This document shows, one piece after another, positions 1 to 9,259 of a stretch of DNA of 64,000 nucleotides. Source of the stretch: an uncultured Methylococcaceae bacterium (GTDB lineage Bacteria; Pseudomonadota; Gammaproteobacteria; Methylococcales; Methylomonadaceae); assembly GCA_903945375.1 (NCBI GenBank), contig CAJAVP010000036.1, forward strand, positions 18,659-82,658, read 5' to 3'. Numbering within the stretch: the stretch's first letter is position 1; the number at the start of each line of letters is the position of its first letter. The position numbers and the translations under genes were made by a program. The notes under the pieces are model-generated. The model had not been told where the DNA came from, made no database searches, and saw only the letters and a program-made list of their open reading frames with translations.

Positions 1-1082
1 TGAAGTTCTTCACTGGTTTGGGCGTAAACGACCAATTGATCGCCTATATTTAAATTTTCCTGAGCGCCGGCATCAATAAAAATTTTATTACCGTCTACTT
101 TGATAATCCGTGTTGTGAAGGGGTAGCAACTCAGGGCTTTGCGTAAATCAGCGCTGGTTATGGCTATAATTTGACTGATTTTTGCGCCTAAGAGCGTTTC
201 TTTAAAGCCAATACTGCCGACAGTATAATCGGAAGGAATCCAAACATCTCCGCTTAACGCATCGGTATAACGATACTGTGTGAGTAATGCGCCGGTAAAG
301 CCATCGTGAACATAAATGTCCACACCAACACTCCGTCTAGCAGATAAGCTACGAGCCAAGCTTTTGGCGAGAGCCATCCAATTATTGCCGAGTACATCGT
401 TGGGTAAATCGAGCTTTAAGTCGCGAATTACGCCGGATAAAACCAATTGTCCGCCTTCGTCGTTAGCGACTTGCATGACTTTGGAAAACGTGTAAGGCCA
501 GTCTTCTCCCAGATTGGGGGCTGAATCAGGTTGTTCATACAGTGACGTGTGCGTGTGGTTAAAGCCAATAAAATCCTGCGATTCCATCAGCTGGTGCATA
601 ATTTCTCGTGGGATTCCGCCATACAGGTCTTGGGTTTCTGAACCGCTTAATTGTTCAGGGTGCACCAGTGGAAAGCCGGTGGCGATGATGCGTTTACGGT
701 ACTGAGGTTGGCAAGTTTCAGCGTTAGATAAGGTTACTTTAGCACGGACATGATAGATATTGTTTTCTTGCCATTCTTCAAGAATTTGAGATTGATTGAC
801 GGCCGCTGAGACACGCATGGAAAACGTATCAAACATCACGCTCCCTTGATTTAAGCGAGTTTGGCTTTTGACCATAGCACCGGATTGCATGGCGGCATGG
901 CGGATAGCGTCTTGCAACGCTAGTCTGCGAGCGAGAAGTTTGCTGTTTTTGGTAATAGCGGCCTGTCCTTCGGCGTTGATGGTAACGAAGGCTGGGGCAA
1001 TAGGGCGCGGTAGGTTGGGATGTGTACAGGCTGGCAGTGCTAAAAAACTGCTCAACATCAGGAGTTTATAAAATAATGTCAT
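1..1082 (-). CDS. flgT: Flagellar assembly protein FlgT-like (partial, C-terminus runs off the window start; missing from the ORF track)
   Basis: Manual translation from ATG at 1082: MTLFYKLLMLSSFLALPACTHP...INAEGQAAI...ARRLALQDAIRHAAMQSGAMVKS...IIATGFP...GIPREI. Signal/lipobox-like N-terminus, FlgT N-domain pattern, next to flgP. No in-frame stop in the parts I translated. Confidence 0.7.
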   Translation of the reverse strand, partial: MTLFYKLLMLSSFLALPACTHPNLPRPIAPAFVTINAEGQAAITKNSKLLARRLALQDAIRHAAMQSGAMVKSQTRLNQGSVMFDTFSMRVSAAVNQSQILEEWQENNIYHVRAKVTLSNAETCQPQYRKRIIATGFPLVHPEQLSGSETQDLYGGIPREIMHQLMESQDFIGFNHTHTSLYEQPDSAPNLGEDWPYTFSKVMQVANDEGGQLVLSGVIRDLKLDLPNDVLGNNWMALAKSLARSLSARRSVGVDIYVHDGFTGALLTQYRYTDALSGDVWIPSDYTVGSIGFKETLLGAKISQIIAITSADLRKALSCYPFTTRIIKVDGNKIFIDAGAQENLNIGDQLVVYAQTSEEL

Positions 1083-1109
1083 GATGGTTGATGGGTAAGT
1101 ACAGACAAA

Positions 1110-1137
1110 ATGACACCGGCAAAATTGTCGGTGTCAT
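1110..1137 (-). terminator. Intrinsic terminator-like hairpin between the small lipoprotein gene and flgT
   Basis: ATGACACCGGCA-aaat-TGTCGGTGTCAT, 12-bp stem with one mismatch, followed by a short T-run on the minus strand. Confidence 0.5.
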
Positions 1138-1153
1138 CGGGTTGGGTATTGAT

Positions 1154-1372
1154 TTAGTAGGGATAATTCCATACTGCACTATAGGGTCTGCCAAAGTAAG
1201 TGGGGTAATAGGCTGTACAAGAAGAGGGGGGCGAATGGACTGGAGGATAAACTAAATCAACGTGTTGCACTAGCTTTTCAACGTCAGCTTCGCGACTTGC
1301 TTGCTGATTGCTCAGGCAAGCCGTTAAATTAATGCTCAGGGCAACAACCAGGGTTAAATAATATTTTTGCAT
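1154..1372 (-). CDS. Small predicted lipoprotein (72 aa), unknown function
   Basis: Hydrophobic N-terminus with lipobox LTAC; AGGA-like RBS; co-oriented between flgP and flgT. Confidence 0.6.
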   Translation of the reverse strand: MQKYYLTLVVALSINLTACLSNQQASREADVEKLVQHVDLVYPPVHSPPSSCTAYYPTYFGRPYSAVWNYPY

Positions 1373-1409
1373 CAGTTTTATCCTACGGTAGAGGTATCAA
1401 GCTGTCTAT

Positions 1410-2006
1410 TTAATGCGGGCTGAACCCATGAGTATCGGGGAAGCCATAGCAATCTTCTGAATTACATTCAGATTTGACCGGGGTTGCATAAAACGAAGGC
1501 GGGGCTGGTGCACGAATAGGTTGTGCTTCTGTTAGGTTCTGCTGATAGGCACATTGCCCTGAACCCAATAAACATTGGTAAAAGGTAGGGGTTAAATCCA
1601 ATTCCATAACGGTTTCATAGGTATCACGATCAACGCCTGATGCCATCGTTGTTCTAACCCGTGCGCCTCTTAAAAAGGCATCGACATAGGTGCGGAAGCT
1701 GTCACTTTTAGTGGTCATATCTTCTACAGTGGTATGACCATGTATACGAATACCATAGACTTGCTCGGCTAATTCCCTAACAGCGTCCATTTTGGAAGCA
1801 CGAATGGCCATCAGCTTGCGTTGCGCTGGAGTGAGGCTATATTGTTGTTCTCGACTAACCGTTCCATAGCCTCTTGAAGTTAATGTTTTAGGAGGTGGTG
1901 GTGGCTCAACTTGTACGACGGTATCGACTTTGGTTTGTGTCGCACAGCCTGCTATGAAGAAACTGATCAATAGGGGAATGAGGGTAAACAGGGGTAATTT
2001 TTTCAT
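1410..2006 (-). CDS. flgP: FlgP / LPP20-family flagellar lipoprotein
   Basis: Lipobox IAGC; LMAIRASKMDAVRELAEQVYGIRI matches the FlgP/LPP20 core; start at ATG 2006 after a GAAGGA RBS. Confidence 0.75.
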   Translation of the reverse strand: MKKLPLFTLIPLLISFFIAGCATQTKVDTVVQVEPPPPPKTLTSRGYGTVSREQQYSLTPAQRKLMAIRASKMDAVRELAEQVYGIRIHGHTTVEDMTTKSDSFRTYVDAFLRGARVRTTMASGVDRDTYETVMELDLTPTFYQCLLGSGQCAYQQNLTEAQPIRAPAPPSFYATPVKSECNSEDCYGFPDTHGFSPH

Positions 2007-2221
2007 AAACGAGTTTCCTTCTTTTTCAAAATTAGCGACAAATTTATAAATGCCCAAGTGTAGCGACCATCAAAACAATTCCTTGAACATTTACCGTATT
2101 TGTAGCGGTAAATCCAATTGCAGTAGAAAGCGCTGGGCTTATCAGCGCACAACCTTAAGATTCTGTTACCATAATAAACCACTCTTCAATACAACTCATT
2201 GCTTAGACGCTTAATAAAACC

Positions 2222-5017
2222 GTGCAAAATCAATTTTCAAACTATTTAGTCGGCATCGATTTGGGCACAACCCATACTGTCGTTGCTTATGCTGTTATGA
2301 ATGCCGAAACGGATATTCATATTTTTGATATCGAACAATTACTTGCCCCCGGACAAGTCGGCGCTAAACCATTGTTGCCATCGGTGCGCTATCATCCGGC
2401 TGAGGGCGAATTATCTGACGCAGATATTTGTTTTTCTTCATCCAGTGACCCTGCTATTTTAGGAGACGCCGCGCGGCTTTTGGGGGCAAAGTCCAAAGGA
2501 CGTTTAGTCACCAGTGCCAAAAGTTGGTTATCCCATCCTTCGGTTGATCACGGTGCGGATATTTTGCCTTGGGGGGCGAGTGATGAGGTGGCTAAAGTGT
2601 CACCTATTGATGCCAGTGCCAGTTATCTAAGCCATATTCGTACCGTTTGGTCGCATAAATTTCCTGATTCACCGTTAGAGCAGCAAGAGATTGTGATAAC
2701 CGTGCCCGCTTCATTTGATGAGGCGGCGAGAGCTTTAACCTTAGAAGCCGCCAAACTGGCAGGGCTTACTCAGGTGCGTTTACTCGAAGAGCCGCAGGCG
2801 GTTTGTTACTATTGGTTAAAGCGCAATGCCCACCAGCTCCAACAAACACTCGCTCGTGTGCATTTATTGTTGGTGTGTGATGTCGGCGGTGGGACTACCG
2901 ATTTGACCTTGATTAAAGTTGAGCAGGGTGCATTTGAACCCAAATTAACGCGCATCGGTGTTGGCGATCATTTAATGTTGGGAGGCGATAATCTGGATTT
3001 AGCCTTAGCGCATTTACTTGAAAAACGCTTGATTGATGGGGGTAAGCGTTTATCTGCTGCCGATTTATCGCAATTACTGGAACAATGTCGTATCGCCAAA
3101 GAACGCTTGTTGGCGGATGATGCGCCCGAGCGAGTCAGTGTTACGTTACTGGGTGGGGGGAGTCAATTATTGGGTGGGGTGCGTACGGCTGAATTAAGTG
3201 CAGAAGAAGTGCGGCATATTGCGCTAGATGGTTTCTTTCCCTTGTCGGGTCTTGATGAGTTGCCAGAGCGCAAACGCAGCGGGGTTGTTGAGTTTGGTTT
3301 GCCTTATGCCGCCGAGCCTGCTGTGAGTAAACATATCGCTGGTTTTTTAAAACATCATCAATCCGTCGCACAGGAAGCATTGCAAGGGGCGGGTTACGTG
3401 CCTGATGCGTTGCTATTGAATGGTGGCGTTTTTCGCAGCCAGCCGATTACTCAACGCTTATTGGCTTTAATCGCATCGTGGCGAGATCAGCCGCCGCAAT
3501 TGCTGGAAAATCACCATCCTGAACTTGCGGTGGCGTTTGGTGCGGTAAGTTATGCGATCGCACGTCGATCCCAAAAACTTAAGATTGGTGGTGGCTCAGC
3601 TCGCAGTTATTTTTTGCTGGTGGATACTGATACGGATAAGGCGATTCAGCAAGGTGTTTGTATTTTACCTAGGGGTAGCGAGGAAGGTGAGGAGATTATT
3701 TTAGCAGACCGTCAATTTGCTCTACGCTTAGGTGTACCGGTGCGTTTTAATCTAGCCTCTATGACCGGCGATAAAGAGTTTAAATCCGGTGATATGGCGA
3801 CGATTGATGAGCAATTTCATGCGCTGCCGCCGCTTGCTGTCGCTTTGGGACATCAATACGCTCAAGATACCCCGTTGACTGAAGTGATTGTGCAATTAGC
3901 TGTCACTCAAACAGAAGTGGGTACGTTAAAAATTCAGTGTGTGGCAGTGGCCGATCATTCACAACGCTGGGATGTTGAATTTCAAATCAGAAAGAAAAGC
4001 AGTCATTCTCTAAGCAGTGAAGCAAGCAGCGTATCGGCTCAAAAATGGCAACTAATTGAAAACAAAATAAACTCGGTGTTTGGTGCTAAATCACGCTTAG
4101 TTGATCCAAATAGCGTTAAAAGTCTGCGAGCTGATCTTGAAAAAATTATGGGTAGTCAGCGCACTGATTGGGAAACGGCGTTGCTGAGAAATATGTTTAC
4201 CTTGTTACTTGAAGGGAGCAAATACCAGCGTCGCTCAGTGTTTCATGAACGTGTTTGGCTGAGTTTAATGGGTTTTTGTTTACGCCCGGGGTTTGGCTAC
4301 CCTTTAGACGATTGGCGAGTCGAGCAACTTTGGAAGATTTATCCACAGGCTATTCAATTTACTAATGAAAATCAAAATTGGACGGAGTGGTGGACATTAT
4401 GGCGACGGATTGCTGGTGGTTTAGATGCTCAGGCGCAAGAGCGAATTTATACGGATATTGCCAAATACCTTGAGCCCTCTTCCAGTAGAAATGCAGGCAT
4501 TGCCAAGCAGTTAAAAACACGGGGTTATGATGAAATTGTCCGCCTAGCGGCGGTATTAGAGCGCTTACCCGCTGCAAAAAAAATTCAATTAGGCGAATGG
4601 CTACTAAAACGCTTACAAAAGGCTAGTGAACCTGATCAGACGTGGTGGGCAGTGGGGCGTATTGGCTCTCGTGTTCCGTTTCATGGCAGTAGTCATAATG
4701 TGATTACTGCTGAGATTGTTTGTGAATGGCTTAAACGATTGCTTGCCGAGGATTGGAAAAAATCAGCTCATATTGGTTTTGCAGCCACCTTACTGGCTCG
4801 TAAAAGCGGTGATCGAGCCCGGGACATTGATGACGCCATGCGCGAGCAGGTGATTAACAAATTAAAAGCCAATAAATCACCGGTGTCATGGATTGAATTA
4901 GTCGAGCAGGTTAAAGAACTAGATGAAAGGGAAGAAAAACAATTATTCGGTGAAGCGTTACCACCGGGCTTAAAGTTGCTTAAGTCGTCGTTTGATCATC
5001 CGTCAGTCAATTCATAA
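2222..5017 (+). CDS. Hsp70-family protein with long C-terminal extension (DUF3731-type DnaK-related protein)
   Basis: GIDLGTTHT, TVPASF, EEPQA and DVGGGTTD actin/Hsp70 ATPase motifs; 931 aa; Trp-rich helical C-terminus. Confidence 0.8.
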   Translation: MQNQFSNYLVGIDLGTTHTVVAYAVMNAETDIHIFDIEQLLAPGQVGAKPLLPSVRYHPAEGELSDADICFSSSSDPAILGDAARLLGAKSKGRLVTSAKSWLSHPSVDHGADILPWGASDEVAKVSPIDASASYLSHIRTVWSHKFPDSPLEQQEIVITVPASFDEAARALTLEAAKLAGLTQVRLLEEPQAVCYYWLKRNAHQLQQTLARVHLLLVCDVGGGTTDLTLIKVEQGAFEPKLTRIGVGDHLMLGGDNLDLALAHLLEKRLIDGGKRLSAADLSQLLEQCRIAKERLLADDAPERVSVTLLGGGSQLLGGVRTAELSAEEVRHIALDGFFPLSGLDELPERKRSGVVEFGLPYAAEPAVSKHIAGFLKHHQSVAQEALQGAGYVPDALLLNGGVFRSQPITQRLLALIASWRDQPPQLLENHHPELAVAFGAVSYAIARRSQKLKIGGGSARSYFLLVDTDTDKAIQQGVCILPRGSEEGEEIILADRQFALRLGVPVRFNLASMTGDKEFKSGDMATIDEQFHALPPLAVALGHQYAQDTPLTEVIVQLAVTQTEVGTLKIQCVAVADHSQRWDVEFQIRKKSSHSLSSEASSVSAQKWQLIENKINSVFGAKSRLVDPNSVKSLRADLEKIMGSQRTDWETALLRNMFTLLLEGSKYQRRSVFHERVWLSLMGFCLRPGFGYPLDDWRVEQLWKIYPQAIQFTNENQNWTEWWTLWRRIAGGLDAQAQERIYTDIAKYLEPSSSRNAGIAKQLKTRGYDEIVRLAAVLERLPAAKKIQLGEWLLKRLQKASEPDQTWWAVGRIGSRVPFHGSSHNVITAEIVCEWLKRLLAEDWKKSAHIGFAATLLARKSGDRARDIDDAMREQVINKLKANKSPVSWIELVEQVKELDEREEKQLFGEALPPGLKLLKSSFDHPSVNS

Positions 5018-5025
5018 GGATGCTT

Positions 5026-5056
5026 TCATAGGGGTAATCGTAAGATGCCCCTATGA
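5026..5056. terminator. Hairpin between convergent genes
   Basis: TCATAGGGG...CCCCTATGA perfect 9-bp inverted repeat. Confidence 0.55.
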
Positions 5057-5069
5057 TATTAAACAATAA

Positions 5070-5477
5070 TTACTGGCTGACTTGGGCAATCCAATCTTGT
5101 AAGTTATAGTAATTGGTAATGCGAGCAATTTTATTATCACGGATTTCAAAAAATGCACCAGCGGGTAACCGATACGTTTGCCCCTTCGCTTCAGGTAGGC
5201 CTTCATCGGTTTTGAGGTATTCGCCTAAGACGACAAATTCAGCCGCCCCACGACTGCCGTCTACAGTTGCCATAATGACCATATCAACTAATTCTTCTTT
5301 GTAGTTAGTATTCATACCGCCCATAAAGCGTGCAAAGGTTTCTTTGCCTATTTCGCGTTTGCCTTGATTGATGTCATGGATGGCATCATCGGTAAGTAGG
5401 CTGAGAAAGGTGTCCATGTCGCCTTGGTTAAAAGAATTGTAGTATTGTTGTATTAAATTAATGCTCTCTTGGTTCAT
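5070..5477 (-). CDS. Ketosteroid isomerase-related / SnoaL-like (NTF2-fold) protein
   Basis: YYNSFNQGD...HDINQG...Y.LPAGAFFEIRDNKIARITNYYNLQDW pattern. Confidence 0.8.
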   Translation of the reverse strand: MNQESINLIQQYYNSFNQGDMDTFLSLLTDDAIHDINQGKREIGKETFARFMGGMNTNYKEELVDMVIMATVDGSRGAAEFVVLGEYLKTDEGLPEAKGQTYRLPAGAFFEIRDNKIARITNYYNLQDWIAQVSQ

Positions 5478-5688
5478 AATGTTTCTCAATGAATTTAAGG
5501 TTGGATATCAGCAATTGCCTGTCTTCGTTGGTTTTTGAAAAAAACGTGTCATATTTTATAGTTTATTGCAGATTAGAACTGGAAAATTTTAAGGCGCTAG
5601 GGTTGTCGTAGTTTTGAGGTGAATTTTATTAGTCAACTCGCTTGTAAAATGATAATTTACAGCTACCCTTTAAAGCCATTACACCGCT

Positions 5689-6432
5689 ATGTTTAATGAT
5701 GCCAATTTGATGATTCAAAAAAATCGAACTCTAAACGAAGCAGCACCGATTTTGAGCTGTTGTTTTTTTTATTTACCCAATTCAAATGTGCTGTTATGGA
5801 GCCCCGAGTTTCATACTTATGAATACTTTCTGGATAAATTAGTCTTTAAGATCGCAAGAAAGCCCAGCTTGCTGATATCTCATATCCAACGTATTTATTA
5901 TTGTTTTCATGCAGATAAAGAAGAACAATTGTTCGCGGCACTGGTCGATTTTCTTTTTATTTTAAACAAGCGTGGCGAAGCTATCAGTTGGCGTATGTTA
6001 ATGGGTGTTAAGTCTCGGCTTAATCCAGAGCGTTTTTTGCAACTAAAAAATTACTTAAAAAATGAGCAAGCCGAGCCTAATTTGTTAGTTGGCAATCATT
6101 ATTCAATTTTAACCAAAGGTTTCATCGGTGGAAATAAGCTGGTGATTCAGCATAAACCAACAGATCAATCAACCTATGATCCACTTGCTTTGGCGCGAGA
6201 TTATATCGAATACAGTCAGCTTGAGGAGGCAAAAAAACTGCTCGAACGAGCCTTGTTAGAAGATCCTGCGCGTTTGGAAATTCATCATGAGCTATTATCT
6301 CTTTATCGTTCTATGCGTGATCACGAGGGTTTTTATGATATGTTTAAGCAAGTAGCGAGGTTGGGGGTTGTTATGAACGAAGAATGGGTTGAAACAAATA
6401 CCTACTTTACAGACAGGGTTAGTAATGGATAA
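5689..6432 (+). CDS. Hypothetical protein with C-terminal TPR/FimV-C-like helices
   Basis: DPLALARDYIEYSQLEEAKKLLERALLEDPAR resembles the FimV C-terminal/TPR motif; first gene of the GTPase operon. Confidence 0.55.
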   Translation: MFNDANLMIQKNRTLNEAAPILSCCFFYLPNSNVLLWSPEFHTYEYFLDKLVFKIARKPSLLISHIQRIYYCFHADKEEQLFAALVDFLFILNKRGEAISWRMLMGVKSRLNPERFLQLKNYLKNEQAEPNLLVGNHYSILTKGFIGGNKLVIQHKPTDQSTYDPLALARDYIEYSQLEEAKKLLERALLEDPARLEIHHELLSLYRSMRDHEGFYDMFKQVARLGVVMNEEWVETNTYFTDRVSNG

Positions 6433-7636
6433 CAATAGCAATCCATTGAAAGTTGCCTTGCATGGCTTAGACGAGCGCAGTTGCAAAATGATGTCGATGT
6501 TTTTGCAGGGGCCTTGTCGCGGTGTCGCCGTTGTCGTCAACGAAAGCAGTGCCGAATGTGAAATATTTGATGCGGATTCGATCAGTGGAAAAGAATTACT
6601 CAGTAATTATTTGCAAAAGGAAATTCAAAAACCGATTGTCATTTTGTCTTTAAATACACCACAAGTAGCCTCTGCCTTTCACGTAAAAAAACCTGTCAAG
6701 ACAGAGGAAATGATAGCAGCGTTACAAAAAGCTAAAAAATCATTAGCTGCTGTAGTCGCACATGCCCCTGTCAACTCATCGGACAATACGACGAATGCAG
6801 TAATCTCTGACGTACAAGACTCCAGTAAACAAGTAGTAGAGGACAAGCTTACAATAAAGCTTCATGTCAAAACGGATGAACAAAAGAAAACCTCCAAACA
6901 TCAGGCGGCTATGCAGTTGGATGAGAAAGGTTTTGTTGGTTTTATTGGCAATGTACCTGGGTTGGATGTTAACGACCCTCGACAGTTTAGTAAGGCACAT
7001 TACAATCCTAAAGAATATTTTCAGGGTTATGTTGATTCAGCATTTAAAGTTAGTCGAGCTAAAGGGCACATTAGGCAGTTAAATTCTGGCTGGAATCCGC
7101 TGATTATTTTTCCACAGAGCGACGAGATTTGGCTTGATGTAGATGAAAGCCAGTTACGGGCGTTTTCAGGGTTGACTATTTCCAATACGCTGGGGGCAAA
7201 AATGTCCATCACGCCACTTAGTGTGGAGAGTGTTGCGATGGAGAGATCATTAGAACGCTACCAAAGCATGGATGCTTTTTTGTGGAAAGTGTCTTGTTGG
7301 GCATCGAAAGGGCGTTATCCAGGGAGTATAGATATTAATCAACCTGTTTTTTTGAAACAATGGCCGAACTTCACTCGATTACTGTTGACACCTCATGCCA
7401 TGCGAATTGCTGCTTTGTTGATTCAAGGGCCGCGAACGTTACTTAATGTGTCACAAGTACTTAATGTAAAGCCTCAGTACGTTTTTGTCTTTATTAGTTC
7501 AGCAAGTGCTTTAGGTTTGGTAGGTCAAACCCGTCGCGGAGCAGATCTTTTAGTCGAACCAGATGAAATTAAAACAAATAAAAACCAAAGTTTGCTGAGT
7601 CGTATCCTCAGTGTTTTACGTGGTAAGAAAGCTTAG
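6425..7636 (+). CDS. Receiver-like N-terminal domain, linker and conserved C-terminal domain (possibly winged helix)
   Basis: KVALHGLDE...EIFDAD...IVILS...VKKPV receiver spacing; ATG 6425 overlaps the upstream stop. Confidence 0.55.
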   Translation: MDNNSNPLKVALHGLDERSCKMMSMFLQGPCRGVAVVVNESSAECEIFDADSISGKELLSNYLQKEIQKPIVILSLNTPQVASAFHVKKPVKTEEMIAALQKAKKSLAAVVAHAPVNSSDNTTNAVISDVQDSSKQVVEDKLTIKLHVKTDEQKKTSKHQAAMQLDEKGFVGFIGNVPGLDVNDPRQFSKAHYNPKEYFQGYVDSAFKVSRAKGHIRQLNSGWNPLIIFPQSDEIWLDVDESQLRAFSGLTISNTLGAKMSITPLSVESVAMERSLERYQSMDAFLWKVSCWASKGRYPGSIDINQPVFLKQWPNFTRLLLTPHAMRIAALLIQGPRTLLNVSQVLNVKPQYVFVFISSASALGLVGQTRRGADLLVEPDEIKTNKNQSLLSRILSVLRGKKA

Positions 7637-7651
7637 TGGAATTTAAATACT

Positions 7652-8188
7652 ATGAGTCAATATAAGATTATTTTCACTGGTCCGGTTGGGGCTGGTAAAA
7701 CCACAGCGATCAATTCCATCAGTGATTTACCGCCTATAAAAACTGATGCTTCTGCGAGTGATATGGCCAAATACCGAAAAGCATCGACCACTGTGGCACT
7801 CGATTATGGTGTGATGAATTTACCCGGTGGGGAAAAATTGCATCTCTATGGAACGCCCGGTCAAGAGCGATTTGATTTTATGTGGGATATTTTGGTGACT
7901 GGCGGAATCGGTTTAGTACTCTTGCTGGATAATACACGCGCTGATCCATTCCAAGATATGCGTTTTTTTTTAGAGACCTTTGAACGGTTTATCGCAGACA
8001 CGACAGTCGCTATTGGTGTCACTCAGATGGATCTAAGTGCTAAACCCAGTATTGATGACTATCATATCCAATTGCGTGGTATGGGTATAAAACCAGCTAT
8101 TTTTGCAGTTGATGCGAGGGCAAAAAGTGACGTTTCTTTGCTCATTCAGGCCTTACTTTATTCCCTAGATCCGGGATTAGAGGGGTAG
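7652..8188 (+). CDS. Small Ras-like GTPase, MglA/CvnD family
   Basis: G1 GPVGAGKT, G2 TTVALDYG, G3 GTPGQERF, G4-like TQMD; 178 aa. Confidence 0.9.
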   Translation: MSQYKIIFTGPVGAGKTTAINSISDLPPIKTDASASDMAKYRKASTTVALDYGVMNLPGGEKLHLYGTPGQERFDFMWDILVTGGIGLVLLLDNTRADPFQDMRFFLETFERFIADTTVAIGVTQMDLSAKPSIDDYHIQLRGMGIKPAIFAVDARAKSDVSLLIQALLYSLDPGLEG

Positions 8189-8190
8189 TT

Positions 8191-8838
8191 ATGGCGAGTG
8201 ACTATACATTGTCTGAAGCGCTTTTTTTGTATCCGACGCCGGCTGGTGCTTATTATGCGGTGTCGACGAAAGATACCGATAAACCCCGTCTGTTCTTAAG
8301 AAGACTGTTACAGCAGGCAAAAACCCCTGCATTAACAATTGAAAATCTTAAACAATTGATGCAAAACGACGATGAAGCAAAGTGTTTTGAATTATTGCAT
8401 CACTGCCAAAATTTGAGTTGGATTCAAGGTTTAGAAATGCCATTAGCGTTTCCTTCAGGGGCTTTGGAAGATATTCTACCCGTCATGTTAGGTAGAATTT
8501 CTGAAAATGGCAAAGTCTTACTCGCTGAAAATCAAGGTTTTTATTTGGCTACGCATGGTTTTCCACATGAAGTCGCTGAAGAATTATCCGCATTGAGTGC
8601 CGAGATAGCTACGGTTCATGAAAGGCGTTCTGGTTTATTAGTTAATAATATGGGTTTAACCAGTCATGCTTGGGCGATTGTCGATGTGTTTGGTAATAGT
8701 GAGGTAGGTTTTTGGCCATTATTTATTGCCAATAATCGTTTCGTTATTGCAATTTACGGGATTCCACATTTTAACCAACCCGAGTTTGTATCTTTGGTTT
8801 GGGCATTGAGTATTCGCTATGCGACAAGGGAGAATTAA
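8191..8838 (+). CDS. Protein with C-terminal divergent roadblock/LC7 (MglB-like) domain
   Basis: VLLAENQGFYLATHGFPHEVAEELSALSA roadblock-like pattern; 2 bp after the GTPase gene. Confidence 0.6.
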   Translation: MASDYTLSEALFLYPTPAGAYYAVSTKDTDKPRLFLRRLLQQAKTPALTIENLKQLMQNDDEAKCFELLHHCQNLSWIQGLEMPLAFPSGALEDILPVMLGRISENGKVLLAENQGFYLATHGFPHEVAEELSALSAEIATVHERRSGLLVNNMGLTSHAWAIVDVFGNSEVGFWPLFIANNRFVIAIYGIPHFNQPEFVSLVWALSIRYATREN

Positions 8839-8885
8839 CTTGAGCGTTGGCATACATTTTTTACATAGGATAAGAGGACATTAGT

Positions 8886-9248
8886 ATGCGTGCAAATATG
8901 TTGACTTCTGTATTAACAGAACTTAATGGTACATCTGCTGATATTGAAGCATCGGGAATTATTTCGACCGACGGTTTAATGATTGCATCGGTATTACCAG
9001 CCTCTATGGATGAAGATCGAGTCGGGGCGATGAGTGCAGCCATGCTATCGTTAGGTGATCGCACCGCACAAGAGCTGGCAAGAGGAACGTTGGAACAAGT
9101 GTTGATTAAAGGCGCTAACGGCTATGTTTTAATGACCTATGCTGGACCAGAATCTGTTTTGACCGTATTAGCAAAACCGAATGCTAAATTAGGGCTTATT
9201 TTCCTTGATGTGAAACGTGCCGCATCGAGTATTGCTGAATTTTTATAG
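8886..9248 (+). CDS. Roadblock/LC7 domain protein (MglB-like)
   Basis: SGIISTDGLMIAS...DRVGAMSAAMLSLG...ELARGTLEQVLIKGANGYV...LGLIFLD canonical roadblock. Confidence 0.9.
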   Translation: MRANMLTSVLTELNGTSADIEASGIISTDGLMIASVLPASMDEDRVGAMSAAMLSLGDRTAQELARGTLEQVLIKGANGYVLMTYAGPESVLTVLAKPNAKLGLIFLDVKRAASSIAEFL

Positions 9249-9259
9249 TTTTAGCTATT

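Noticed and set aside
2139-2165. FliA-like -10 (GCTGATAA, minus strand) upstream of flgP
   Set aside because: No TAAA -35 at the required spacing
5643-5661. TGTAAA-N7-TTTACA palindrome with an AATGATAAT Fur-like core upstream of the GTPase operon
   Set aside because: Too short and too partial a match in an AT-rich region to assign
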